From Squalus acanthias (taxonomy: Eukaryota): a stretch of DNA of 64,000 bases. The translations under genes were made by a program, and so were the position numbers. Positions 1 to 14,461 of the stretch are shown here, in pieces. The notes beneath the pieces were generated by a model. It saw nothing but the letters and a program-made list of their open reading frames with translations, did not search any database and had not been told where the DNA came from. The stretch is from NCBI GenBank assembly GCA_030390025.1, contig JASTWF010000035.1, forward strand, positions 4,340,001 to 4,404,000, written 5' to 3'. Each line of letters starts with the position of its first letter. Position 1 is the first letter of the stretch.

Positions 1-3000
1 CACTGAGCCCGCGTCACACTGTGTCACCGAGCCCGCGTCACACTGTGTCACACTGAGCCCACGTCACACTGAGCCCGTGTCACACTGAGCCCACGTCACA
101 ATGTGTCACACTGAGCCCACGTCACACTGTGTCACACTGAGCCCGCGTCACACTGTGTCACACCGAGCCCACGTCACACTGTGCCCACGTCACACTGTGT
201 CACACTGAGCCCGCGTCACACCGTGTTACACTGAGCCCGCGTCACACCTTGTCACACTGAGCCCGCGTCACACTGTGTCACACTGAGCCCGCGTCACACT
301 GTGTCACACCGATCCCGCGTAACACTGTGTCACACCGAGCCCACGTCACACTGTGCCCACGTCACACTGTCACACTGAGCCCACGTCACACTGAGCCCAC
401 GTCACACTGAGCACGCATCACACTATGTCACACCAAGCCCACGTCACACCGAGCCCGCGTCACACTGTGTAACATTGAGCCCACGTCACACTGTGTCACA
501 CCGATCCCACGTCACACCGATCCCACGTCACACCGGTCCCACGTCACACTGAGCCCGCGTCACACTGTGTCACACTGAGCCCGCGTCACACTGTGTCACC
601 CTGAGCCCGCGTCACACTGTGTCACACTGAGCCCACGTCACACTGAGCCCGTGTCACACTGAGCCCACGTCTCACTGTGCCCGCGTCACATTGTGTCACA
701 TTGAGCCCACGTCACACTGAGCCCACGTCACGCTGTGCCCAAGTCACACTGTGTCACACTGAGCCCACGTCACACTGTGTCACACTAAGCCCGTGTCACA
801 CTGTGTCACACTGAGCCCACGTCACACTGTGTCACACTGAGCCCGCGTCACACTGTGTCACACTGAGCCCGCGTCACACTGTGTCACTCTGAGCCCGCGT
901 CACACTGTGTCACACTGAGCCCACGTCACACTGAGCCCACGTCACACTGAGCCCACGTCACACTGAGCCCACGTCACACTGTGTCACACTGAGCCTGCGT
1001 CACACTGTGTCACACTGAGCTCACGTCACACTGTGCCCACGTCACACTGTGTCACACCGAGCCCACGTCACACTGTGTCACACTGTGCCCGTGTCACACT
1101 GAGCCCACGTCACACTGTATCACACTGAGCCCACGTCACACTGAGCCCACGTCACACTGAGCCCACGTCACACTGAGCTCACGTCTCACTGTGTCACACT
1201 GAGCCCGCGTCACACTGTGTCACACTGAGCCCGCGTCACACTGTGTCACACTGAGCCCGCGTCACACTGTGTCACACTGAGCCCGCGTCACACTGTGTCA
1301 CACTGAGCCCGCGTCACACTGTGTCACACTGAGCCCGCGTCACACTGTGTCACACTGAGCCCGCGTCACACTGTGTCACACTGAGCCCGCGTCACACTGT
1401 GTCACACTGAGCCCGCGTCACACTGTGTCACACCGAGCCCGCGTCAAACTGTGTCACACCGAGCCCACGTCACACTGTGTCACACTGAGCCCGCATCACA
1501 CTGAGCCCGCATCACACTGTGTCACATTGAGCCAGCGTCACACTGTGTCACACTGAGCCAGCGTCACACTGAGCCCGTGTCACACTGAGCCCGCGTCACA
1601 CTGTGTCACACTGAGCCCGCGTCACACTGTGTAACACTGAGCCCACGTCACACTGTGTCACACCGAGCCCGCGTCAAACTGTGTCACACTGAGCCCACGT
1701 CACACTGCGCCTACGTCACACTGTTTCACACTGTGCCCACGTCACACTGAGCCCGCGCCACACTGTGTCACTCCGAGCCCGCGTCAAACTGTGTCACACT
1801 GAGCCCACGTCACACTGTGCCCACGTCACACTGTGTCACACCGAGTCCACGTCACACTGTGCCCATGTCACACCGAGCCCGCGTCACACTGTGTCACACC
1901 GAGCCCTTGTTACACTGTGTCACACCGAGCCCACGTCACACTGTGCCCACGTCACACTGTGCCCGCATCACACTGTTGCACACTGTGCCCACGTCACACA
2001 GTGCCCACGTCACACTGTGCCCGCATCACACTGAGCCCGCGTCACACTGAGCCCACGTCACACTGTGTCACACTGAGCCCGTGTCACACTGTGTCACACT
2101 GAGCCCGCGTCACACTGTGTCACACTGAGCCCACGTCACACTGTGTCACATTGAGCCCGTGTCACACTGTGTCACATTGAGCCCGCGTCACACTGTGTCA
2201 CACTGAGCCCGCGTCACACTGTGTCACATTGAGCCCGCGTCACACTGTGTCACACTGAGCCCGCGTCACACTGTGTCACACTGAGCCCGCGTCGCACTGT
2301 GTCACACTGAGCCCACGTCACACTGTGTCACATTGAGCCCGCGTCACACTGAGCCCGCGTCACACTGTGTCACACTGAGCCCGCGTCACACTGTGTCTCA
2401 CTGAGCCCGCGTCACACTGTGTCACATTGAGCCCGCGTCACACTGTGTCACACTGAGCCCGCGTCACACTGTGTCACACTGAGCCCACGTCACACTGTGT
2501 CACATTGAGCCCGCGTCACACTGTGTCACACTGAGCCCGCGTCACATTGAGCCCGCGTCACACTGTGTCACTCTGAGCCCGCATCACACTGAGCCCGAGT
2601 CACACTGTCACACTGAGCCCACGTCACACTGTGTCACACTGAGCCCACGTCACGCTGTGTCACATTCAGCCCGCGTCACACTGTGTCACACTGAGCCCCC
2701 GTCACACTGTGTCACACTGAGCCCACGCCACACTGTGTCACATTGAGCCCGCGTCACACTGTGTCACACTGAGCCCGCGTCACACTGTGTCACACTGAGC
2801 CCACGTCACACTGTGTCACATTGAGCCCGCGTCACACTGTGTCACACTGAGCCCGCGTCACATTGAGCCCGCGTCACACTGTGTCACTCTGAGCCCGCGT
2901 CACACTGTTTCACATTGAGCCCACGTCACACTGTGTCACACTGAGCCCACGTCACACTGTGTCACATTGAGCCCGTGTCACACTGAGCCCCCGTCACACT

Positions 3001-6000
3001 GTGTCACACTGAGCCCACTTCACACTGTGCCCCCGTCACACTGAGCCCGCGTCACACTGTGTCACACTGAGCACACGTCACACTGTGTCACACCGAGCCC
3101 GCGTCACACTGTGTCACACCGAGCCCACGTCACACTGTGCCCCGTCACACTGTGTCACACTGAGCCCACGTCACACTGTGTCACACTGAGCCCACGTCAC
3201 ACTGTCACACCGAGCCCACGTCACACTGTGCCCGCGTCACACTGTGTCACACTGAGCCCCCGTCACACTGTGTCACACTGAGCCCACGTCACACTGTGTC
3301 ACATTGAGCCCGCGTCACACTGTGTCACACTGAGCCCGCGTCACACTGTGTCACACTGAGCCCACGTCACACTGTGTCACATTGAGCCCGCGTCACACTG
3401 TGTCACACTGAGCCCGCGTCACATTGAGCCCGCGTCACACTGTGTCACTCTGAGCCCGCGTCACACTGTGTCACATTGAGCCCGCGTCACACTGTGTCAC
3501 ATTGAGCCTGCGTCACACTGTGTCACACTGAGCCCGCGTCACACTGTGTCACACTGAGCCCACGTCACACTGTGTCACACTGAGCCCACGTCACACTGTG
3601 TCACATTGAGCCCGTGTCACACTGAGCCCCCGTCACACTGTGTCACACTGAGCCCACTTCACACTGTGCCCCCGTCACACTGAGCCCGCGTCACACTGTG
3701 TCACACTGAGCCCACGTCACACTGTGTCACACCGAGCCCGCGTCACACTGTGTCACACCGAGCACACGTCACACTGTGCCCCGTCACACTGTGTCACACT
3801 GAGCCCGCGTCACACTGTGTCACACTGAGCCCGCGTCACACTGTGTCACACTGAGCCCGCGTCACACTGTGTCACACCGAGCCCGCGTCACACTGTGTCA
3901 CACCGAGCCCGCGTCACACTGTGTCACACCGAGCCCACATCACACTGTGCCCGCGTCACACTGTGTCACACTGAGCCCCCGTCACACTGTGTCACACTGA
4001 GCCCGCGTCACACTGTGTCACATTGAGCCCGCGTCACACTGTGTCACACTGAGCCCGCGTCACACTGTGTCACACTGAGCCCACGTCACACTGTGTCACA
4101 TTGAGCCCGTGTCACACTGAGCCCCCGTCACACTGTGTCACACTGAGCCCACTTCACACTGTGCCCCCGTCACACTGAGCCCGCGTCACACTGTGTCACA
4201 CTGAGCCCACGTCACACTGTGTCACACCGAGCCCGCGTCACACTGTGTCACACCGAGCACACGTCACACTGTGCCCCGTCACACTGTGTCACACTGAGCC
4301 CGCGTCACACTGTGTCACACTGAGCCCGTGTCACACTGTGTCACACTGAGCCCGCGTCACACTGTGTCACACCGAGCCCGCGTCACACTGTGTCACACCG
4401 AGCCCGCGTCACACTGTGTCACACCGAGCCCACATCACACTGTGCCCACGTCACACTGTGTCACACTGAGCCCGCGTCACACTGTGTTACACTGAGCCCG
4501 CGTCACACTGTCACACTGAGCACACGTCACACTGTGTCACACCGAGCCCGCGTCACACTGTGTCACACCGAGCCCACGTCACACTGTGCCCCCGTCACAC
4601 TGTGTCACACTGAGCCCACGTCACACTGTGTCACACTGAGCCCACGTCACACTGTCACACCGAGCCCACGTCACACTGTGCCCGCGTCACACTGTGTCAC
4701 ACTGAGCCCACGTCACACTGTGTCACACTGAGCCCACGTCACACTGTGTCACACCGAGCCCGCGTCACACTGTGTCACACCGAGCCCGCGTCACACTGTG
4801 TCACACCGAGCACACGTCACACTGTGCCCCGTCACACTGTGTCACACTGAGCCCGCGTCACACTGTGTCACACTGAGCCCGCGTCACACTTTGTCACACT
4901 GAGCCCGCGTCACACTGTGTCACACCGAGCCCGCGTCACACTGTGTCACACCGAGCCCGCGTCACACTGTGTCACACCGAGCCCACGTCACACTGTGCCC
5001 ACGTCACACTGTGTCACACTGAGCCCGCGTCACACTGTTACACTGAGCCCGCGTCACACTGAGCCCACGTCACACTGTCACACTGAGCCCGCGTCACATT
5101 GTGTCACACTGAGCCCACGTCACACTGAGCACGCATCACACTATGTCACACCAAGCCCACGTCACACCGAGCCCGCGTCACACTGTGTAACATTGAGCCC
5201 ACGTCACACTGTGTCACACCGATCCCACGTCACACCGATCCCACGTCACGCCGGTCCCACGTCACACTGAGCCCGCGTCACACTGTGTCACACTGAGCCC
5301 GCGTCACACTGTGCCACACTGAGCCCGCGTCACACTGTGTCACACTGAGCCCGCGTCTCACTGTGTCACACTGAGCCCGCGTCACACTGTGTCACCCTGA
5401 GCCCGCGTCACACTGTGTCACACTGAGCCCACGTCACACTGAGCCCGTGTCACACTGAGCCCACGTCTCACTGTGCCCGCGTCACATTGTGTCACATTGA
5501 GCCCACGTCACACTGTGTCACACTGAGCCCACGTCACGCTGTGCCCAAGTCACACTGTGTCACACTGAGCCCACGTCACACTGTGTCACACTGAGCCCGT
5601 GTCACACTGTGTCACACTGAGCCCACGTCACACTGTGTCACACTGAGCCCGCGTCACACTGTGTCACTCTGAGCCCGCATCACACTGTGTCACACTGAGC
5701 CCACGTCACACTGAGCCCACGTCACACTGTCACACTGAGCCCACGTCACACTGAGCCCACGTCACACTGTGTCACACTGAGCCTGCGTCACACTGTGTCA
5801 CACTGAGCTCACGTCACACTGTGCCCACGTCACACTGTGTCACACCGAGCCCACGTCACACTGTGTCACACTGAGCCCGTGTCACACTGAGCCCACGACA
5901 CACTGTATCACACTGAGCCCACGTCACACTGAGCACACGTCACACTGAGCCCACGTCACACTGAGCTCACGTCTCACTGTGTCACACTGAGCCCGCGTCA

Positions 6001-6825
6001 AACTGTGTCACACTGAGCCCGCGTCACACTGTGTCACACTGAGCCCGCGTCACACTGTGTCACACTGAGCCCGCGTCACACTGAGCCCGCGTCACACTGT
6101 GTCACACTGAGCCCGCGTCACACTGTGTCACACTGAGCCCGCGTCACACTGTGTAACACTGAGCCCGCGTCACACTGTGTCACACCGAGCCCGCGTCAAA
6201 CTGTGTCACACCGAGCCCACGTCAAACTGTGTCACACTGAGCCCACGTCACACTGCGCCTACGTCACACTGTTTCACACTGTGCCCACGTCACACTGAGC
6301 CCGCGCCACACTGTGTCACTCCGAGCCCGCGTCAAACTGTGTCACACTGAGCCCACGTCACACTGTGCCCACGTCACACTGTGTCACACCGAGCCCACGT
6401 CACACTGTGCCCATGTCACACCGAGCCCGCGTCACACTGTGTCACACCGAGCCCTTGTTACACTGTGTCACACCGAGCCCACGTCACACTGTGCCCACGT
6501 CACACTGTGCCCGCATCACACTGTTTCACACTGTGCCCACGTCACACTGTGCCCACGTCACACTGTGCCCGCATCACACTGAGCCCGCGTCACACTGAGC
6601 CCACGTCACACTGTGTCACACTGAGCCCGTGTCACACTGTGTCACACTGAGCCTGTGTTACACTGTGTCACACTGAGCTCGTGTCACACTGTGCCCGTGT
6701 CACCTTGTGTCACACTGAGCCCGTGTCACCTTGTGTCACACTGAGACCACATCACACTGTACCCAATCACACCATGCCCGCGTTTCACTCTGTGTCCGCG
6801 TCACACTGTGCCCATGTCACCTTGT

Positions 6826-7787
6826 GTCATAGAGTCATACAGCACAGAAAGAGGCCCTTCAGCCCATCATGTCCGCGCCGGCCATCAAGCCCTGTCTATT
6901 CTAATCCCATTTTCCAGCACTTGGTCCGTAGCCTTGTATGCTATGGCGTTTCAAGTGCTCATCTAAATGCTTCTTGAATGTTGTGAGGGTTCCTGCCTCT
7001 ACCACCCTTTCAGGCAGTGAGTTCCAGATTCCAACCACCCTCTGGGTGAAAAGGTTTTTCCTCAAATCCTCTCTAAACCTCCTGCCCCTTACCTTGAAAC
7101 TATGCCCCTTGGTTATTGACCCCTCCACTAAGGGGAGAAGTTCCTTTCTATCTACCCTAACTATGCCCCTCATAATTTTGTACACCTCAATCAGGTCCCC
7201 CCTCAGCCTTCTCTGCTCTAAGGAAAACAATCCCAGCCTGTCCAGTCTCTCTTCATAGCTGAAGCGCTCCAGCCCAGGTAACATCCTGGTGAATCTCCTC
7301 TGCACCCACTCCAATGCAATCACATCCTTCCTATAGTGTGGCAACCAGAACTGCACACAGTATTCCAGCTGTGGCCTAACTAGCGTTTTGTACAGCTCCA
7401 TCATAACCTCCCTGCTCTTATATTCTATGCCTCGGCTAATGAAGGCAAGTATCCCATATGCCTTTTTAACCACCTTATCTACCTGTCCTGCTGCCTTCAG
7501 GGATCTATGTACATGCACACCAAGGTCCCTCTGATCCTCTGTCCTTCCTAGGGTCCTACCATTCATTATGTATTCCCTTGCCTTGTTAGTCCTCCCAAAA
7601 TGCATCACCTCACACTTTTCAGGGTTAAATTCCATTTGCCACTGTTCTGCCCATCTGACCAACCCGTCTATATCGTCCTGTAGCCTGAGGCTTCCCTCCT
7701 CGCTATTTACCACCCCACCAATTTTCGTGTCATCTGCGAACTTACTGATCATACCTCCTATATTCATATCTAATCATTAATGTACAC
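6826..7787 (-). mobile_element. 5'-truncated CR1 LINE (RT C-terminus + 3'UTR), copy 1, inside satellite
   Basis: ORF 6901-7767(-) with SKFADDTK, QWQMEFN, LVRPQLEYCVQFW and FTQRVV..WNSLP motifs; 3'UTR ends GGGCTGAAGGGCCTCTTTCTGTGCTGTATGACTCTATGAC. Confidence 0.96.
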
Positions 7788-10700
7788 TGAGCCCGCGTCA
7801 CACTGTGTCACACTGAGCCCACGTCACACTGAGCCCACGTCACACTGTGTCACACTGAGCCCACATCACACTGTGTCACACTGAGCCCGCGTCACACTGT
7901 GTCACACTGAGCCCACGTCACACTGAGCCCACGTCACACTGTGTCACACTGAGCCCGCGTCACACTGTGTCACACTGAGCCCACATCACACTGTGTCACA
8001 CTCAGCCCGCGTCACACTGAGCCCACGTCACACTGAGCCCACGTCACACTGAGCCCGCGTCACACTGAGCCCGCGTCACACTGTGTCACACTGAGCCCAC
8101 GTCACACTGAGCCCACGTCACACTGAGCCCACGTCACACTGTGTCACACTGAGCCCACGTCACACTGAGCCCACGTCACACTGAGCCCGCGTCACACTGA
8201 GCCCGCGTCACACTGAGTCACACTGAGCCCACGTCACACTGAGCCCACGTCACACTGAGCCCACGTCACACTGTGTCACACTGAGCCCACGTCACACTGA
8301 GCCCGCGTCACACTGAGTCACACTGAGCCCGCGTCACAGAGCCCACGTCACACTGTGTCACACTGAGCCCACGTCACACTGAGCCCGCGTCACAGAGCCC
8401 ACGTCACATTGTGTCACACTGAGCCCGCGTCACACTGAGCCCGCGTCACAGAGCCCACGTCACACTGTCACACTGAGCCCGCGTCACACTGAGCCCACGT
8501 CACAGAGCCCACGTCACACTGTGTCACACTGAGCCCACGTCACACTGAGCCCACGTCACAGAGCCCACGTCACACTGAGCCCACGTCACACTGAGCCCAC
8601 GTCACACTGTGTCACACTGAGCCCGCGTCACACTGAGCCCACGTCACACTGTGTCACACTGAGCCCGCGTCACACTGATCCCACGTCACACTGAGCCCAC
8701 GTCACACTGAGCCCACGTCACACTGTGTCACACTGAGCCCACGTCACATTGAGCCCACATCACAGAGCCCACGTCACACTGTGTCACACTGAGCCCGCGT
8801 CACACTGAGCCCACGTCACACTGTGTCACACTGAGCCCACGTCACACTGAGCCCACGTCACAGAGCCCACGTCACACTGTGTCACACTGAGCCCGCGTCA
8901 CACTGAGCCCACGTCACACTGAGCCCACGTCACACTGTGTCACACTGAGCCCACGTCACACTGAGCCCACGTCACACTGAGCTCACGTCACACTGAGCCC
9001 ACGTCACAGAGCCCACGTCACACTGTGTCACACTGAGCCCCCGTCACACTGAGCCCCCGTCACACTGAGCCCACGTCACAGAGCCCACGTCACACTGAGC
9101 CCACGTCACACTGAGCCCGCGTCACACTGAGCCCGCGTCACACTGAGCCCACATCACACTGAGCCCGCGTCACACTGTGTCACACTGAGCCCGCGTCACA
9201 CTGTGTCACACTGAGCCCGCGTCACACTGTGTCACACTGAGCCCACGTCACACTGAGCCCGCGTCACACTGAGCCCACGTCACACTGAGCCCGCGTCACA
9301 CTGAGCCCGCGTCACACTGAGCCCGCGTCACACTGAGCCCACGTCACACTGAGCCCACGTCACACTGAGCCCACGTCACACTGAGCCCGCGTCACACTGT
9401 GTCACACTGAGCCCGCGTCACACTGTGTCACACTGAGCCCGCGTCACACTGAGCCCACGTCACACTGAGCCCACGTCACACTGAGCCCGCGTCACACTGA
9501 GCCCGCGTCACACTGAGCCCGCGTCACACTGAGCCCGCGTCACAGAGCCCACGTCACACTGTGTCACACTGAGCCCGCGTCACACTGAGCCCGCGTCACA
9601 CTGAGCCCGCGTCACACTGAGCCCACGTCACAGAGCCCACGTCACAGAGCCCACGTCACACTGAGCCCACGTCACACTGTCACACTGAGCCCACGTCACA
9701 CTGAGCCCGCGTCACACTGAGCCCACGTCACACTGAGCCCACGTCACACTGAGCCCACGTCACAGAGCCCACGTCACACTGAGCCCACGTCACACTGAAC
9801 CCACGTCACACTGTGTCACACTGAGCCCACGTCACACTGAGCCCACGTCACACTGTGTCACGCTGAGCCCACGTCACACTGAGCCAACGTCACAGAGCCC
9901 ACGTCACACTGTGTCACACTGAGCCCCCGTCACACTGAGCCCACATCACACTGAGCCCACGTCACACTGAGCCCGCGTCACACTGAGCCCACGTCACAGA
10001 GCCCACGTCACACTGAGCCCACGTCACACTGTGTCACACTGAGCCCGCGTCACACTGAACCCGCGTCACACTGAGCCCGCGTCACAGAGCCCACGTCACA
10101 CTGTCACACTGAGCCCACATCACACTGAGCCCGCGTCACACTGTGTCACACTGAGCCCGCGTCACACTGTGTCACACTGAGCCCACGTCACACTGAGCCC
10201 GCGTCACACTGAGCCCGCGTCACACTGAGCCCACGTCACACTGAGCCCGCGTCACACTGAGCCCGCGTCACACTGAGCCCGCGTCACACTGAGCCCACGT
10301 CACACTGAGTCCACGTCACACTGTATCACACTGAGCCCGCGTCACACTGAGCCCGCGTCACACTGAGCCCACGTCACACTGAGCCCACGTCACAGAGCCC
10401 ACGTCACACTGAGCCCACGTCACACTGTGTCACACTGAGCCCGCGTCACACTGAGCCCGCGTCACACTGAGCCCACATCACACTGAGCCCGCGTCACACT
10501 GTGTCACACTGAGCCCGCGTCACACTGTGTCACACTGAGCCCGCGTCACACTGTGTCACACTGAGCCCACGTCACACTGAGCCCGCGTCACACTGAGCCC
10601 GCGTCACACTGAGCCCGCGTCACACTGAGCCCGCGTCACACTGAGCCCGCGTCACACTGAGCCCACGTCACACTGAGCCCACGTCACACTGAGCCCACGT

Positions 10701-13499
10701 CACACTGAGCCCGCGTCACACTGTGTCACACTGAGCCCGCGTCACACTGTGTCACACTGAGCCCGCGTCACACTGAGCCCACGTCACACTGAGCCCACGT
10801 CACACTGAGCCCGCGTCACACTGAGCCCGCGTCACACTGAGCCCGCGTCACACTGAGCCCGCGTCACAGAGCCCACGTCACACTGAGCCCGCGTCACACT
10901 GAGCCCACGTCACACTGAGCCCGCGTCACACTGAGCCCGCGTCACACTGAGCCCACGTCACAGAGCCCACGTCACAGAGCCCACGTCACACTGAGCCCAC
11001 GTCACACTGTCACACTGAGCCCACGTCACACTGAGCCCGCGTCACACTGAGCCCACGTCACACTGAGCCCACGTCACACTGAGCCCACGTCACAGAGCCC
11101 ACGTCACACTGAGCCCACGTCACACTGAACCCACGTCACACTGTGTCACACTGAGCCCACGTCACACTGAGCCCACGTCACACTGTGTCACGCTGAGCCC
11201 ACGTCACACTGAGCCAACGTCACAGAGCCCACGTCACACTGTGTCACACTGAGCCCCCGTCACACTGAGCCCACATCACACTGAGCCCACGTCACACTGA
11301 GCCCGCGTCACACTGAGCCCACGTCACAGAGCCCACGTCACACTGAGCCCACGTCACACTGTGTCACACTGAGCCCGCGTCACACTGAACCCGCGTCACA
11401 CTGAGCCCGCGTCACAGAGCCCACGTCACACTGTCACACTGAGCCCACATCACACTGAGCCCGCGTCACACTGTGTCACACTGAGCCCGCGTCACACTGT
11501 GTCACACTGAGCCCACGTCACACTGAGCCCGCGTCACACTGAGCCCGCGTCACACTGAGCCCACGTCACACTGAGCCCGCGTCACACTGAGCCCGCGTCA
11601 CACTGAGCCCGCGTCACACTGAGCCCACGTCACGCTGAGTCCACGTCACACTGTATCACACTGAGCCCGCGTCACACTGAGCCCGCGTCACACTGAGCCC
11701 ACGTCACACTGAGCCCACGTCACAGAGCCCACGTCACACTGAGCCCACGTCACACTGAACCCACGTCACACTGTGTCACACTGAGCCCACGTCACACTGA
11801 GCCCACGTCACACTGTGTCACGCTGAGCCCACGTCACACTGAGCCCACGTCACACTGAGCCCACGTCACACTGTGCCACACTGAGCCCGCGTCACACTGT
11901 GTCACACTGAGCCCGCGTCACACTGTGCCACACTGAGCCCGCGTCACACTGTGTCACACTGAGCCCGCGTCTCACTGTGTCACACTGAGCCCGCGTCACA
12001 CTGTGTCACCCTGAGCCCGCGTCACACTGTGTCACACTGAGCCCACGTCACGCTGTGCCCAAGTCACACTGTGTCACACTGAGCCCACGTCACACTGTGT
12101 CACACTGAGCCCGTGTCACACTGAGCCCACGTCACACTGTGTCACACTGAGCCCGCGTCACACTGTGTCACTCTGAGCCCGCATCACACTGTGTCACACT
12201 GAGCCCACGTCACACTGAGCCCACGTCACACTGTCACACTGAGCCCACGTCACACTGAGCCCACGTCACACTGTGTCACACTGAGCCTGCGTCACACTGT
12301 GTCACACTGAGCTCACGTCACACTGTGCCCACGTCACACTGTGTCACACCGAGCCCACGTCACACTGTGTCACACTGAGCCCGTGTCACACTGAGCCCAC
12401 GACACACTGTATCACACTGAGCCCACGTCACACTGAGCACACGTCACACTGAGCCCACGTCACACTGAGCTCACGTCTCACTGTGTCACACTGAGCCCGC
12501 GTCACACTGTGTCACACTGAGCCCGCGTCACACTGTGTCACACTGAGCCCGCGTCACACTGTGTCACACTGAGCCCGCGTCACACTGAGCCCGCGTCACA
12601 CTGTGTCACACTGAGCCCGCGTCACACTGTGTCACACTGAGCCCGCGTCACACTGTGTAACACTGAGCCCGCGTCACACTGTGTCACACCGAGCCCGCGT
12701 CAAACTGTGTCACACCGAGCCCACGTCACACTGTGTCACACTGAGCCCGCATCACACTGTGTCACATTGAGCCAGCGTCACACTGTGTCACACTGAGCCA
12801 GCGTCACACTGAGCCCGCGTCACACTGTCACACTGAGCCCGCGTCACACTGTGTAACACTGAGCCCACGTCACACTGTGTCACACCGAGCCCGCGTCAAA
12901 CTGTGTCACACTGAGCCCACGTCACACTGCGCCTACGTCACACTGTTTCACACTGTGCCCACGTCACACTGAGCCCGCGCCACACTGTGTCACTCCGAGC
13001 CCGCGTCAAACTGTGTCACACTGAGCCCACGTCACACTGTGCCCACGTCACACTGTGTCACACCGAGCCCACGTCACACTGTGCCCATATCACACCGAGC
13101 CCGCGTCACACTGTGTCACACCGAGCCCTTGTTACACTGTGTCACACCGAGCCCACGTCACACTGTGCCCACGTCACACTGTGCCCGCATCACACTGTTT
13201 CACACTGTGCCCACGTCACACTGTGCCCACGTCACACTGTGCCCGCATCACACTGAGCCCGCGTCACACTGAGCCCACGTCACACTGTGTCACACTGAGC
13301 CCGTGTCACACTGTGTCACACTGAGCCTGTGTTACACTGTGTCACACTGAGCTCGTGTCACACTGTGCCCATGTCACCTTGTGTCACACTGAGCCCGTGT
13401 CACCTTGTGTCACACTGAGACCACATCACACTGTACCCAATCACACCATGCCCGCGTTTCACTCTGTGTCCGCGTCACACTGTGCCCATGTCACCTTGT

Positions 13500-14461
13500 G
13501 TCATAGAGTCATACAGCACAGAAAGAGGCCCTTCAGCCCATCATGTCCGCGCCGGCCATCAAGCCCTGTCTATTCTAATCCCATTTTCCAGCACTTGGTC
13601 CGTAGCCTTGTATGCTATGGCGTTTCAAGTGCTCATCTAAATGCTTCTTGAATGTTGTGAGGGTTCCTGCCTCTACCACCCTTTCAGGCAGTGAGTTCCA
13701 GATTCCAACCACCCTCTGGGTGAAAAGGTTTTTCCTCAAATCCTCTCTAAACCTCCTGCCCCTTACCTTGAAACTATGCCCCTTGGTTATTGACCCCTCC
13801 ACTAAGGGGAGAAGTTCCTTTCTATCTACCCTAACTATGCCCCTCATAATTTTGTACACCTCAATCAGGTCCCCCCTCAGCCTTCTCTGCTCTAAGGAAA
13901 ACAATCCCAGCCTGTCCAGTCTCTCTTCATAGCTGAAGCGCTCCAGCCCAGGTAACATCCTGGTGAATCTCCTCTGCACCCACTCCAATGCAATCACATC
14001 CTTCCTATAGTGTGGCAACCAGAACTGCACACAGTATTCCAGCTGTGGCCTAACTAGCGTTTTGTACAGCTCCATCATAACCTCCCTGCTCTTATATTCT
14101 ATGCCTCGGCTAATGAAGGCAAGTATCCCATATGCCTTTTTAACCACCTTATCTACCTGTCCTGCTGCCTTCAGGGATCTATGTACATGCACACCAAGGT
14201 CCCTCTGATCCTCTGTCCTTCCTAGGGTCCTACCATTCATTATGTATTCCCTTGCCTTGTTAGTCCTCCCAAAATGCATCACCTCACACTTTTCAGGGTT
14301 AAATTCCATTTGCCACTGTTCTGCCCATCTGACCAACCCGTCTATATCGTCCTGTAGCCTGAGGCTTCCCTCCTCGCTATTTACCACCCCACCAATTTTC
14401 GTGTCATCTGCGAACTTACTGATCATACCTCCTATATTCATATCTAATCATTAATGTACAC
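13500..14461 (-). mobile_element. 5'-truncated CR1 LINE, copy 2 (duplicate of 6826-7787)
   Basis: Same 288-aa ORF translation and same junctions as copy 1, offset 6674 bp. Confidence 0.96.

Noticed and set aside
1765..13651. His/Cys/Thr-rich ORFs in the satellite
   Set aside because: Translations of stop-free satellite patches with GTG starts; no splice or domain support.
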